Origin: Burkholderiales bacterium
GTDB lineage: Bacteria > Pseudomonadota > Gammaproteobacteria > Burkholderiales > SG8-39
NCBI GenBank assembly: GCA_046160305.1
Contig: JBJXGX010000160.1
Coordinates: 4,219 to 68,218 of the forward strand
Direction of reading: 5' to 3'
Length of the DNA: 64,000 nucleotides
Part shown: positions 27,653-38,623 of the stretch, one piece after another
Position numbering within the stretch: position 1 is the first letter of the stretch
Layout of the letters: every line of letters begins with the position of its first letter
The notes under the pieces: model-generated
What the model was told of the DNA's origin: nothing
Database searches by the model: none
Seen by the model: only the letters and a program-made list of their open reading frames with translations
Position numbers and translations under genes: made by a program

Positions 27653-27799
27653 CCGTTCGCCCTGAGTTTGTCGAAGGGTGAATGCCGGAGAATTGATAAG
27701 CGGACCATCGCGGACCGTCGACACTTGCGTTACCCTTCGACAGGCTCAGGGCGAACGGAGGCTAGAGCACAAACGGGTCAAGAGCACAAACGGGTCAAG
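27653..27799. repeat. intergenic palindromic element plus an 18-bp tandem repeat
   Basis: CCGTTCGCCCTGAGTTTGTCGAAGGGT (27653-27679) pairs with ACCCTTCGACAGGCTCAGGGCGAACGG (27732-27758) with 2 mismatches. GAGCACAAACGGGTCAA is repeated at 27765 and 27783. Confidence 0.85.
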
Positions 27800-27888
27800 C
27801 AGGTGCCATTCGGTTGTAGGTGCTATTTGGTTCAGAAGCATTTCCCACTCCCCCGTTTCGCGCCGGCCCAATCCACGCGCGTCGCACA

Positions 27889-28773
27889 TCAACCCGCCCT
27901 CTTGCTTCGCTCGTAGAGCGGCATCACTTCAGGCAGGTGCCGTTCGATCTCCTTGATGCGATTCGGGCCGGTAGGGTGGGTCGACAGGAACTGCGGCGGC
28001 GCATTCTTGCTGGCCGAGGTCATCTTCTTCCATAGCGACACGCCCGCGCGCGGATCGAAGCCGGCCCGTGCGGCGAGATCCAGGCCGACAGCGTCGGCGT
28101 CCGTTTCATTGTCCCGCGAGAATTTGAGTGTCGCCAGGCCCCCGGCGTGATGAATCAATTCGGCGTACTTGCCGCCGCTGATGGCAGCGCCGAGAATCGC
28201 CGTGCCGAATCGCGTGATGCCGTTCTTGGCCAGGCGCTCCCGCGCATGCTCGCGCAACGCATGGGCCACTTCATGACCCATCACGACCGCGACTTCGTCG
28301 TCAGTGAGCCGTAGATTTTCCAGAATGCCGGTGTAGAACGCGATCTTGCCGCCGGGCATGCAGAACGCATTGATTTGTTTCGAACCGATCAGGTTCACCT
28401 CCCATTTCCACGATGCGGCCTGCGGATTGAAGCGATGGGCGTGCCGGGTGATGCGGTCGGCGATGGCCCGCAATCGGATGACCTGCGGATGATGGTCCGG
28501 CGCAAGCGCCCCTTTCGAACGGGCGCCCGCGGTCATCTGGTGATACTGCTCGCTCGCGGTACGCTCGAGTTGCTCGGCGGGAATGAGCTTTCGCCAAACC
28601 GAAGGGCTGTCCACTTGCACGCCATCGGCTTTGCTTGCGGCCCGCGACTCCGTTGCCTTGCTTGCCGGCTGCGATTCAGTGGTCTTGCTTGCGGGCTGCG
28701 CAGTGACCACCGGGCATGCCGCAAGCATGACCAAAGCAGCAAAGAGCGCATGATGATTCATGACCGTAAGCAT
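27889..28773 (-). CDS. M48 family zinc metallopeptidase, exported
   Basis: 294 aa with a signal peptide. The HEXXH motif appears as VMGHEVAHALREH. Confidence 0.85.
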   Translation of the reverse strand: MLTVMNHHALFAALVMLAACPVVTAQPASKTTESQPASKATESRAASKADGVQVDSPSVWRKLIPAEQLERTASEQYHQMTAGARSKGALAPDHHPQVIRLRAIADRITRHAHRFNPQAASWKWEVNLIGSKQINAFCMPGGKIAFYTGILENLRLTDDEVAVVMGHEVAHALREHARERLAKNGITRFGTAILGAAISGGKYAELIHHAGGLATLKFSRDNETDADAVGLDLAARAGFDPRAGVSLWKKMTSASKNAPPQFLSTHPTGPNRIKEIERHLPEVMPLYERSKRAG

Positions 28774-28911
28774 CCTTTGACCCGAAGTGCGATCACGGAG
28801 GCAAAGTGGGGGCGGGCGGTGGGCATTGCAAGCCCGATCGGGCGGATGGCGGCGTAATCATGGTCGCCAAGGCGCGGTAACATCGGTGTTTTATACGCGG
28901 ATGATCCACTC

Positions 28912-29364
28912 ATGGCGGGACTCTACTTCGAAGAATTCGAGATCGGGCGTACGTTCGACCATCCATGGACGCGCACCGTCACCGAGATGGACAACATTCT
29001 ATTCTCCAGTCTGACCATGAATGTGCAGCCGCTTCATATCGACGCCCACTTCGCGGCCAAGACCGAGTTCGGCAAGCCGCTCGTGAACAGCATTTTCACG
29101 CTCGGGCTCATGATCGGGATATCGGTGAACGATACGACCGTCGGCACCACGATCGGCAATCTCGGCATGACCGAGGTGAAATTTCCCAAGCCGGTTTTTC
29201 ACGGCGACACGCTGCATGCGCGCACGAAGGTGCTCGCCAAGCGTGAAAGCAAATCCTGGCCGGATGCGGGGATCGTTGAGTTCGAACACGTCTGCCTGAA
29301 TCAAGATGACCAGATCGTGGCGACCTGCAAGCGGTCGGCGTTCATGCGAAAGCATCCGAAATGA
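28912..29364 (+). CDS. MaoC-family (hot-dog fold) enoyl-CoA hydratase/dehydratase
   Basis: 150 aa with a single hot-dog domain. The stop overlaps the next start by 4 nt (29361-29364). Confidence 0.8.
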   Translation: MAGLYFEEFEIGRTFDHPWTRTVTEMDNILFSSLTMNVQPLHIDAHFAAKTEFGKPLVNSIFTLGLMIGISVNDTTVGTTIGNLGMTEVKFPKPVFHGDTLHARTKVLAKRESKSWPDAGIVEFEHVCLNQDDQIVATCKRSAFMRKHPK

Positions 29365-30218
29365 GCCGCTCACTTCTCTTTGTTCCCGGCGATAGTCCGC
29401 GCAAGTTCGAGAAGGCGGCCGGTGGCGACGCCGACGGTTTGATTCTCGATCTGGAAGATTCCGTCGCGCCCGACACGAAAGCGGAAGCGCGCAGTCTGGT
29501 GCGCCAAATGCTTGCGCAAGGCGCGCCGGGCAAGCAATTGTGGGTGCGGATGAATGCGCTCGACACCGGCTTATCGCTCGATGATCTGGCGGCAGTCGTT
29601 CCCGGCAAGCCTTTTGGAATCCTGTTGCCCAAGAGCCGCAATGGAGAGGACCTGCGCGAGGTGTCGCACTATCTCGATGCGCTCGAAGCGGCATCCGCCA
29701 TCACGCGTGGATCGATCAAGATTCTCGCGATCGCCACCGAGCTTGGCAGTGCAATGTTCGGGCTGGGGACGTATGCGAATGTCACCTCGCGTTTATGGGG
29801 CATTACCTGGGGCGCGGAGGATCTTTCCGCTGATCTGGGCGTGATGACCAAGATCGTGGACGGCGTCTACACCGACGCCTTCCGTATCGCCCGTGCAATG
29901 TGTCTTTACGCGGCGGCGAATGCTGGCGTACGTGCGCTTGATACCGTGTGCGTCGATATCGACAACATCGAGGTCGCCAAGCGTGAATCGGCCGAGGCGC
30001 GGCGCGACGGATTCGCGGGAAAACTTTCGATTCATCCGAAGCATGTGCCGGTGATCAATGCGGCGTTCACGCCGGGCTCGGACGAGATCGACTGGGCGAA
30101 AAAAATTGTCGCGGCGTTCGCGGGGAAGCCCAACACCGGTGCGTTCAAGATGGATGGCAAGATGATCGATCGGCCGCACCTTCGCGCCGCGCGCCGGATA
30201 CTTGGCATTGCGGAATGA
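29361..30218 (+). CDS. HpcH/HpaI aldolase / CitE-like CoA ester lyase
   Basis: 285 aa. SLLFVPGD...LDLEDSVAP is the CitE/malyl-CoA lyase family N-terminus. Confidence 0.85.
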   Translation: MSRSLLFVPGDSPRKFEKAAGGDADGLILDLEDSVAPDTKAEARSLVRQMLAQGAPGKQLWVRMNALDTGLSLDDLAAVVPGKPFGILLPKSRNGEDLREVSHYLDALEAASAITRGSIKILAIATELGSAMFGLGTYANVTSRLWGITWGAEDLSADLGVMTKIVDGVYTDAFRIARAMCLYAAANAGVRALDTVCVDIDNIEVAKRESAEARRDGFAGKLSIHPKHVPVINAAFTPGSDEIDWAKKIVAAFAGKPNTGAFKMDGKMIDRPHLRAARRILGIAE

Positions 30219-30330
30219 ACCAGGCGCGCTCGAATCCAAAATGTAATGGCATTTCGCATTACGCCTTGCCTCGAATGCAGGGAATAGTTAGCCTTGGGTT
30301 GCGCCAATTCTCAGACGAGGGACTCGACCG

Positions 30331-31335
30331 ATGATGCTCGACGTATTCAACCACTTCATGCCGAAAACGATTTTCGATCGATTGAGCGATCTGGTTCCAG
30401 GTCATATCGCGCTCTCCGCGTTTCCCGGGCTGCCCACTCTCTGGGACACGAACGCACGCCTTCGCCTGATGGATGAGTTCGGCGACTACCAGCAGGTGCT
30501 GTCGCTGTCCAATCCGCCGATCGAAGTGCTCGGATCCGCCACCGTGACGCCTGAGCTCGCGCGCATCGCGAACGATGGCCTGGCGGAGTTATGCCGCAAA
30601 CATCCAGACCAGTTCCCCTGTTTCATCGCCTCGATGCCGATGAACAATGCCGAGGCATGTCTGGTCGAAATCGATCGGACGATCAATCAACTGGGTGCCC
30701 GCGGTATCCAGGTGTTCACCAATGTTCTTGGCAAGCCATTGAGCGCACCGGAGTTCAGGCCGATCTTTCAAGCGATGGCGAAGCATGATCTGCCGGTCTG
30801 GATCCATCCGATCCGGGGGCCGCAGTTCTCCGATTATTCGAGCGAGCAGAAATCCGAGGACGAAATCTGGTTCACATTCGGATGGCCCTACGAGACGACG
30901 GCGTGCGTGACCCGGCTCATTTTTTCCGGGATCTACGACGAGCTGCCAAGCCTCAAGATCATCACGCATCACATGGGCGGGATGATTCCGTATTTCGCCG
31001 CGAAGATCGAGCTTGGCTTCGATCAGATATTCAACGGCTCGCCGTCGCTGAACCCGGCGGCGATCAAGGCAGGACTCAAGAAGCCGCTGATCGATTACTA
31101 CCACATGCTCTATGCCGACACGGCGCTGAACGGTAGCGCGAATGCGACGCGATGCGGGCACGCGTTCTTCGAGACCGACCATTCAGTGTTTGCAACCGAC
31201 GCGCCATTCGATGCCGAGCAAGGACGTACGCTGATCGGATCGACGATCAAGGCGGTGCGCGCGCTGCCGATTCCGAAGGTGGAGCAGGATAAGATTCTGT
31301 CGGGGAATGCGCGGAAGCTGCTCAGGCTTAACTAG
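30331..31335 (+). CDS. amidohydrolase-2 family protein (ACMSD-like decarboxylase/hydratase)
   Basis: 334 aa. The N-terminal DVFNHF and C-terminal FATDAPF are typical of amidohydrolase_2. Confidence 0.75.
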   Translation: MMLDVFNHFMPKTIFDRLSDLVPGHIALSAFPGLPTLWDTNARLRLMDEFGDYQQVLSLSNPPIEVLGSATVTPELARIANDGLAELCRKHPDQFPCFIASMPMNNAEACLVEIDRTINQLGARGIQVFTNVLGKPLSAPEFRPIFQAMAKHDLPVWIHPIRGPQFSDYSSEQKSEDEIWFTFGWPYETTACVTRLIFSGIYDELPSLKIITHHMGGMIPYFAAKIELGFDQIFNGSPSLNPAAIKAGLKKPLIDYYHMLYADTALNGSANATRCGHAFFETDHSVFATDAPFDAEQGRTLIGSTIKAVRALPIPKVEQDKILSGNARKLLRLN

Positions 31336-31350
31336 ATCTCTCGATCTTCA

Positions 31351-31516
31351 CCACGGAGGACGCAGAGGACACAGAGGAAGGACACAGCGAGGACCGGCGT
31401 GCGCGCAGTGTTCGTGGGACATCGCCGGCACGCGATTGCACATACCCATCTCGCGGGGATTGGGCCAACGAACGCCTTCTCAACAATAGCCACTGCGCCC
31501 TCTGCGTCCCCTGTGG
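31351..31516. repeat. about 166-bp intergenic palindromic element (REP/MITE-like)
   Basis: CCACGGAGGACGCAGAGG (31351-31368) pairs with CCTCTGCGTCCCCTGTGG (31499-31516), with a few mismatches. The right end continues as TTCAATTTTCAG, like the terminus of the 16235 element. Confidence 0.75.
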
Positions 31517-31541
31517 TTCAATTTTCAGTTGGAGCATCTCG

Positions 31542-32240
31542 ATGCGTACGCAGAACATCAAAGTTCCCATGCGAGACGGCACCATGGGTGCCTACCTCGC
31601 GATTCCTGATCGCACCCCGGTGGGTGCGGTCATCGCCATCATGGAGATCTGGGGTGTCAACGACACCATGCGTCATCATGCGCATGAGTTCGCCGAGGCA
31701 GGATTTGTATGCCTCGTTCCCGATCTCTTCTGGCGACAAGAGCCTGGTATCGAGTTGTCGGACCATGATCCCGATCACGCCAAGAAGGCGTTCGATCTCT
31801 ACTACGACTTCGACTACGACCTTGGCGTCAAAGACATGGTCGACGCCTGGCGATTTTTGGAGAACATGAAAGAGTGCAACGGCAAGGTGGGCGCGGTAGG
31901 CTATTGCCTCGGGGGCAAGCTTTGCTATTTGATGTGTTGCCGCACGGACATTCCGTGCGCCGTGGCCTACTACGGTACCTATATCGAGCACCGCATCAAG
32001 GAAGCGCCCAATCTCCACCGACCCTTCATGTTGCACATGGCAATGAAAGATCGCTGGGTGCAGGCCGAAGTGAACGATCTCATCGAGCGGCGCCTCTCAC
32101 CCAATCCGCTTGTCACGATCCACAAATACCCGGACGCCGATCACGCGTTCGCGCGCAAAGGCGGCCGGCCATTCCGGCAGGCGGATGCGGATCGCGCGCT
32201 CGGTCTTACCGTCGATTTTTTTCGCCGGCATCTCATCTGA
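31542..32240 (+). CDS. dienelactone hydrolase family protein
   Basis: 232 aa. The GYCLGG nucleophile motif contains a cysteine, as in dienelactone hydrolases. Confidence 0.85.
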   Translation: MRTQNIKVPMRDGTMGAYLAIPDRTPVGAVIAIMEIWGVNDTMRHHAHEFAEAGFVCLVPDLFWRQEPGIELSDHDPDHAKKAFDLYYDFDYDLGVKDMVDAWRFLENMKECNGKVGAVGYCLGGKLCYLMCCRTDIPCAVAYYGTYIEHRIKEAPNLHRPFMLHMAMKDRWVQAEVNDLIERRLSPNPLVTIHKYPDADHAFARKGGRPFRQADADRALGLTVDFFRRHLI

Positions 32241-32285
32241 TCGGCGGATGACGGCGCTTCGTGTAATGGGGCGCGAATGGCCCAA

Positions 32286-32309
32286 TGGCGGTAAAAGTGG
32301 CGGTAAAAG
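32286..32309. repeat. 12-bp tandem repeat TGGCGGTAAAAG x2
   Basis: Two perfect adjacent copies in the intergenic region upstream of the DoxX gene. Confidence 0.9.
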
Positions 32310-32366
32310 AAGTGCTGGCTGTACGAGCGTATCGGGACAGTTAACACCAACAAAGGGGAGGCACCA

Positions 32367-32777
32367 ATGAGTGCATCGACGCAGAATTTCCTGCAACTGA
32401 TTGGCCGCATCATGTTGTCGCTGATATTCATCGTAGCCGGGATACGCAAGGCAATGGCCTTTACCGGAACGGTCGCCTACATGGCCAAATTCGGTGTTCC
32501 ATTCACCGAGCCTCTGGCGGTCGCGGCAATCGCGCTGGAGATTCTTGGTGGGCTCGCGCTGCTGCTCGGCTGGAAGACGCGTTCCGTTGCGGCCGTCCTC
32601 GCGATCTTCGTCGTCATCATTACGCCGATATTTCACGCGTTCTGGGCTGTCGATGCGGCCGCCTTCGGGAATCAGCTCAACCATTTCCTCAAGAACGTCT
32701 GCCTCGTCGGCGGGCTTTTGTACGTGGTCGCGTTCGGTGCCGGGATGTACAGCATCGAGGGCGGCGAGCGGCGTTAG
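32367..32777 (+). CDS. DoxX family membrane protein
   Basis: 136 aa with four hydrophobic segments. LIGRIMLSLIFIVAG is typical of DoxX. Confidence 0.8.
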   Translation: MSASTQNFLQLIGRIMLSLIFIVAGIRKAMAFTGTVAYMAKFGVPFTEPLAVAAIALEILGGLALLLGWKTRSVAAVLAIFVVIITPIFHAFWAVDAAAFGNQLNHFLKNVCLVGGLLYVVAFGAGMYSIEGGERR

Positions 32778-32787
32778 CGTCGCATCG

Positions 32788-33486
32788 CTAGACCTCTCGC
32801 GTGATCATCGGAAAGTGCAGATTCCCGCCGGTAAAGGGCGGAAACTTGTGAAAGTCTTCGCGCATCGCATGCCGGGCCGGGGAATTGAGCGAGGCGGTCA
32901 AGGCTTCCGGCGTATCGAAGACGACCTTGTTTCGTTGCATCACGTCGGCGCGCGGCCAGGGTAGAAATCCGCACCAATCGATGCGGGTGCAGATCTCAAT
33001 TTCCCGAATGCCCGCGAATTTCGCCATCAATTGAGGATGGTGGCCGATGTAGTACCAAAGCCACGCGTTGAAATCTTCCGCTTGGCCGGGATACTCGACG
33101 AGGTAGGTGCAGCGCCGATCGTCCGCATTCACCACGGGCTTCGGCTCGGGCACATCGAATGGGCGCGACAGCATGGCCTGTTGTTGCACCGCCGCGCGCG
33201 CGAGGCTCGGAAGCGCGTTCGGCGCGGTCAACGCCTGCAGGTGCCCGTTCGGTGCGAGGGCATTCTCCAGGGCAGCGATCTCGTCAAAATAGAGCTCGAA
33301 CGCAAGTTGTGGCGACGGGCCGTCATTCAGATAGGGATCATGCGTCGCGGACGGGGTGAATACCAGGCCACGCCGAAGACCCGGGGTAGTGCCGACCAGA
33401 TCGACGACGCGCGATTCTTCCGCCGCCGTAATGCGCATCGTGGGGGACTGCCGGTCATGGAAGAAGAGGAAATACGCGAAGCGCAT
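32788..33486 (-). CDS. hypothetical protein, possibly tandem EthD-like (dimeric alpha/beta-barrel) domains
   Basis: The ORF is 32788..33705, but the likely start is the ATG at 33486 (MRFAYFLFFH). The second half, YLVEYPGQAEDFNAWLWYYIGHHPQL, resembles the EthD pattern. Confidence 0.4.
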   Translation of the reverse strand: MRFAYFLFFHDRQSPTMRITAAEESRVVDLVGTTPGLRRGLVFTPSATHDPYLNDGPSPQLAFELYFDEIAALENALAPNGHLQALTAPNALPSLARAAVQQQAMLSRPFDVPEPKPVVNADDRRCTYLVEYPGQAEDFNAWLWYYIGHHPQLMAKFAGIREIEICTRIDWCGFLPWPRADVMQRNKVVFDTPEALTASLNSPARHAMREDFHKFPPFTGGNLHFPMITREV

Positions 33487-33628
33487 AGTGGTCTCGCACG
33501 CTGTTGAGGGGATGGAATTTCCAGGCAGCCGGCATGATAAAGCCCGACGATCCCTTTGACAGGGCGCGCGCACGCTCCTACAGTTGGCGCTGGAATGTTT
33601 CCCTTGGCACGCCTTCGGAGTAAAGACC

Positions 33629-34690
33629 ATGTTCTTGCGCAATGCCTGGTATGTGGCCGCGTGGGCCAGTGAACTCGCGAGCGGACAGTTGTTGGCTCGC
33701 ACCATCTGTGGCGACCAGATCGTCTTCTGGCGGGATCAGAGCGGGAAGGCGTGCGCGGTTGAAGATCGTTGCTGCCATCGCCTGTTTCCGCTGAGCAAAG
33801 GATCGGTCGCCGGTGATTTCATCAAGTGCGGCTATCACGGCTTCGAGTACGACTGCTCGGGCAAGTGCGTCCTGATTCCCTCGCAGCGCGACATTCCGCA
33901 AAATGCACGCGTACGCAACTACACGGTCGTGGAGCGCCATAGTGCGGTGTTCATCTGGATGGGCGATGCGGCAACCGCTGACATGACAAGGATTCCGGAG
34001 CTGCCGACCAGTGATCCACAGTTCGGCTGGAAAGGCGCGCGGTACTACGTGCATGGCAACTACGAACTCATCATCGAGAATCTGCTCGACCTCACACACC
34101 TCACATTTGTGCACGCGTCCACGATCGGCAATTACGCGTTGATCGACAGCCCGAATGTGAAGACAGAGCGCTGGGAGCGCGAAGTACAGGTGAGTCGCTG
34201 GATGATGAATTCGGATCCTCCACCGACCTATGTGAAAGCGGGCAACTTCAAGGGCAAGGTTGACCGCTGGCAGATCATCCGATGGGTGGAGCCGTCTGTC
34301 GTGCGCCTATGGACTGGCGCCGCGCCGCACGAGCAAAACGCGCGCGAGAAGATTGCGGCGCACGGTGCACCCGAGGGTGCAAAACTTGGCGGCATCGGCC
34401 TTTTCAATCTGAATCTCATCACGCCCGAGACGGAAAAGACGACGCATTATTTCTGGGCGCAGGGACAGGACATGCAGCCAAACAATCAGGCGATGACCGA
34501 TATGGTGTTCGGGCAGATCGAGATGGCGTTCACGCAGGACTGGGAAGTGTTCGAGCTGCAGCAGACGCGGATGGACCAGGCGCCGGGGCGCGCACGCGTG
34601 GATGTGAACGGCGATGCCGGGGGCATTCAGGCGATCAACATCCTCAGGCGATCGATCGAGGCGGAGAAGACGTTGCGGGTGGCGGCCTAA
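33629..34690 (+). CDS. Rieske non-heme iron oxygenase, VanA-like (phthalate family) alpha subunit
   Basis: ATG at 33629, preceded by GGAG. The Rieske motif is CCHRLFPL...CGYHGFEY. The iron motif is ENLLDLTHLTFVH. Confidence 0.85.
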   Translation: MFLRNAWYVAAWASELASGQLLARTICGDQIVFWRDQSGKACAVEDRCCHRLFPLSKGSVAGDFIKCGYHGFEYDCSGKCVLIPSQRDIPQNARVRNYTVVERHSAVFIWMGDAATADMTRIPELPTSDPQFGWKGARYYVHGNYELIIENLLDLTHLTFVHASTIGNYALIDSPNVKTERWEREVQVSRWMMNSDPPPTYVKAGNFKGKVDRWQIIRWVEPSVVRLWTGAAPHEQNAREKIAAHGAPEGAKLGGIGLFNLNLITPETEKTTHYFWAQGQDMQPNNQAMTDMVFGQIEMAFTQDWEVFELQQTRMDQAPGRARVDVNGDAGGIQAINILRRSIEAEKTLRVAA

Positions 34691-34700
34691 AGCGACATTC

Positions 34701-34732
34701 TTGAACCGCGATGGACGCGAAGGACGCGAAGG
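34701..34732. repeat. solo arm of the TTGAACC-type element, containing GGACGCGAA x2
   Basis: The sequence is TTGAACCGCGATGGACGCGAAGGACGCGAAGG. I saw no matching inverted arm before 34882. Confidence 0.6.
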
Positions 34733-34881
34733 GTATTCCACGAAGCATCGAATGTCCGGATCGATGATTCGCGGAATGACTCGGTCCGACCTTGCTCGTG
34801 TTGCATCACCGAGAAGTCGTACGGCCGGATGCGATAAGCCTGCGACCGGCAGCACGCGCCGTGCGGTCAGCGTTGAATACT

Positions 34882-36738
<1,857 letters not shown>

Positions 36739-36973
36739 ATTTTTTCTCCGTCTTCTTATGATGAATATCCGGCGAGTACCTATCGCCCGGCAATCGATAT
36801 TCGACTGATGATCACGCGCCGGCGGCGTCGTGGCAGGCCGAGATTGCGGCCAACCACGCACCGCGCGATAACTTCACGACCCACGGCTTGATGAGCACGG
36901 GCTCGCTGACTCCTTCATTCAATATAACATCTTCATCTTTGGCCTCATTGCGATCGAGTCCGGACGCACGCGG

Positions 36974-37735
36974 TCAATGCACCACCGACCCACCGTCCAC
37001 AACGATGCATTGCCCAGTCATGAAGTCACTGTCCGCGCTGCAGAGGTAGACCATCGTTCCGGTCAGATCTTCGGGCACCTGCTCGCGCTGCAGCGCCCGC
37101 GTCGAGGCGTTCATCTTGATCATCGCTCCGGTGAAGCTCGCGTTCGATTTCACGCCTTCGCTCATCGTGAGCCCAGGGGCGAGCGTATTCACGCAGATGC
37201 CGTCGTCGCCGAGCTCGCGCGCCATGCATCGCGTCATACCGACCACCGCGGCCTTTGATGTCACGTAATGCAGCATCATCGGCGTGCCCTTGAACACGGT
37301 GCCCGATGCGATGTTGACGATCTTGCCGTACTTGTTCCTGCGCATCTCGGGTACCGCCGCCTTCACGCATTCGAAGACGCCGCGCACATTGACCGCCATG
37401 AGCTTGTCCCATTCCTCGCTCGAAATTTCCATGAAATGCTTCTGTTGAAGTGCGGCGAAGACCGCGGCATTGTTCACCAGGATGTCGAGCTTGCCGAATG
37501 CCTTGATGGTGCTCGCGACCATCGCCTGCGCCGATTTCGGATCGGCCACATCGCAGTGCACCGCGATGGCCTGTCCGCCGGCGCGCTTGATTTCTTCCGC
37601 GACGGGTTTGGCATCGAGAACGTCGGCCGCGCATACGCGTGCTCCCGCCGCGGCAAGCGCTTTGGCGTAGGCGGCGCCAATGCCGCGCGCACCGCCGGTG
37701 ACGATAGCCACGCGGCCTTCGAGTCGTTGGGTCAT
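36974..37735 (-). CDS. SDR family oxidoreductase (FabG-like)
   Basis: 253 aa. Contains TGGARGIG and the catalytic YVTSK. Confidence 0.9.
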   Translation of the reverse strand: MTQRLEGRVAIVTGGARGIGAAYAKALAAAGARVCAADVLDAKPVAEEIKRAGGQAIAVHCDVADPKSAQAMVASTIKAFGKLDILVNNAAVFAALQQKHFMEISSEEWDKLMAVNVRGVFECVKAAVPEMRRNKYGKIVNIASGTVFKGTPMMLHYVTSKAAVVGMTRCMARELGDDGICVNTLAPGLTMSEGVKSNASFTGAMIKMNASTRALQREQVPEDLTGTMVYLCSADSDFMTGQCIVVDGGSVVH

Positions 37736-37824
37736 TTGAGGTTTCCTCCAGCGTGAGAGATGATCGGGATGACGCTCGAATAGAATAACCCGCTTGGGCC
37801 GAACTCGCCGCGAAAGCCACCACC

Positions 37825-38604
37825 ATGGATCTGGGAATCAAAGGCCGCAAGGCGATCATCTGCGCATCCTCCAAGGGCCTCGGACGCGCCTGCGCGACGT
37901 CCCTCGCGCGGGAAGGCGTCATCATCTATCTCAACGCACGCAACGAAGCAGTGCTCAATGAGACGGCCGCTGAGCTTCGCGCGGAAACCGGCGCCACGGT
38001 GTATGCCGTCGCGGCCGACATCAACACGGAGGCGGGGCGCGCGAAGTTGATCGCCGCGTGCCCATCGGCCGATATCCTCGTCAACAACAACGCCGGCCCG
38101 CCACCAGGCAAGATCGAGGATTGGGATCGAAAGGCCTGGAACGGCGCGATCGAAGCCAACATGCTGGCGCCGATTTTCATGATCCAGGCGCTGGTGCCCG
38201 GCATGCGTGACCGAAAATTCGGACGCATCGTGAATATCACCTCGGCCATGGTGAAGTCGCCACGCCCCGCGATGGGTCTTTCGACCGCGGCGCGCGCAGG
38301 GCTCATCGCGTTCTCGAAATCGCTCTCGATCGACGTAGCGGTCCACAATGTGACGATCAACAACCTGTTGCCGGAGCGTATCGACACCGATCGCCAGAAA
38401 TTCATGGCCGAGCGGATGATGAAAGAGGGCGGCATCACCTACGAGGAAGCGAGAAAGCGGATCGCCGCGTCGATCGCGGCCAAGCGGCTTGGGCATCCGA
38501 CGGAATTCGGGGACGCGTGCGCCTATCTGTGCAGCGATCAGGCGAGTTTCATTTCGGGCCAGAACCTGCAGATCGACGGTGGCTCGTATGCGGGGCTTAT
38601 ATAG
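37825..38604 (+). CDS. SDR family oxidoreductase
   Basis: 259 aa. Has the glycine-rich segment ASSKGLGRA and an NNAG motif. Transcribed divergently from the previous SDR gene. Confidence 0.85.
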   Translation: MDLGIKGRKAIICASSKGLGRACATSLAREGVIIYLNARNEAVLNETAAELRAETGATVYAVAADINTEAGRAKLIAACPSADILVNNNAGPPPGKIEDWDRKAWNGAIEANMLAPIFMIQALVPGMRDRKFGRIVNITSAMVKSPRPAMGLSTAARAGLIAFSKSLSIDVAVHNVTINNLLPERIDTDRQKFMAERMMKEGGITYEEARKRIAASIAAKRLGHPTEFGDACAYLCSDQASFISGQNLQIDGGSYAGLI

Positions 38605-38623
38605 GGATCAGCGAGCCTTGCGC

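Noticed and set aside
14540-32309. Short tandem repeats (15 bp x2, 18 bp x2, 12 bp x2, 9 bp x2), considered as degenerate CRISPR arrays
   Set aside because: There are only two adjacent copies each, with no spacers, and the units are far shorter than CRISPR repeats. They are associated with the palindromic element family instead.
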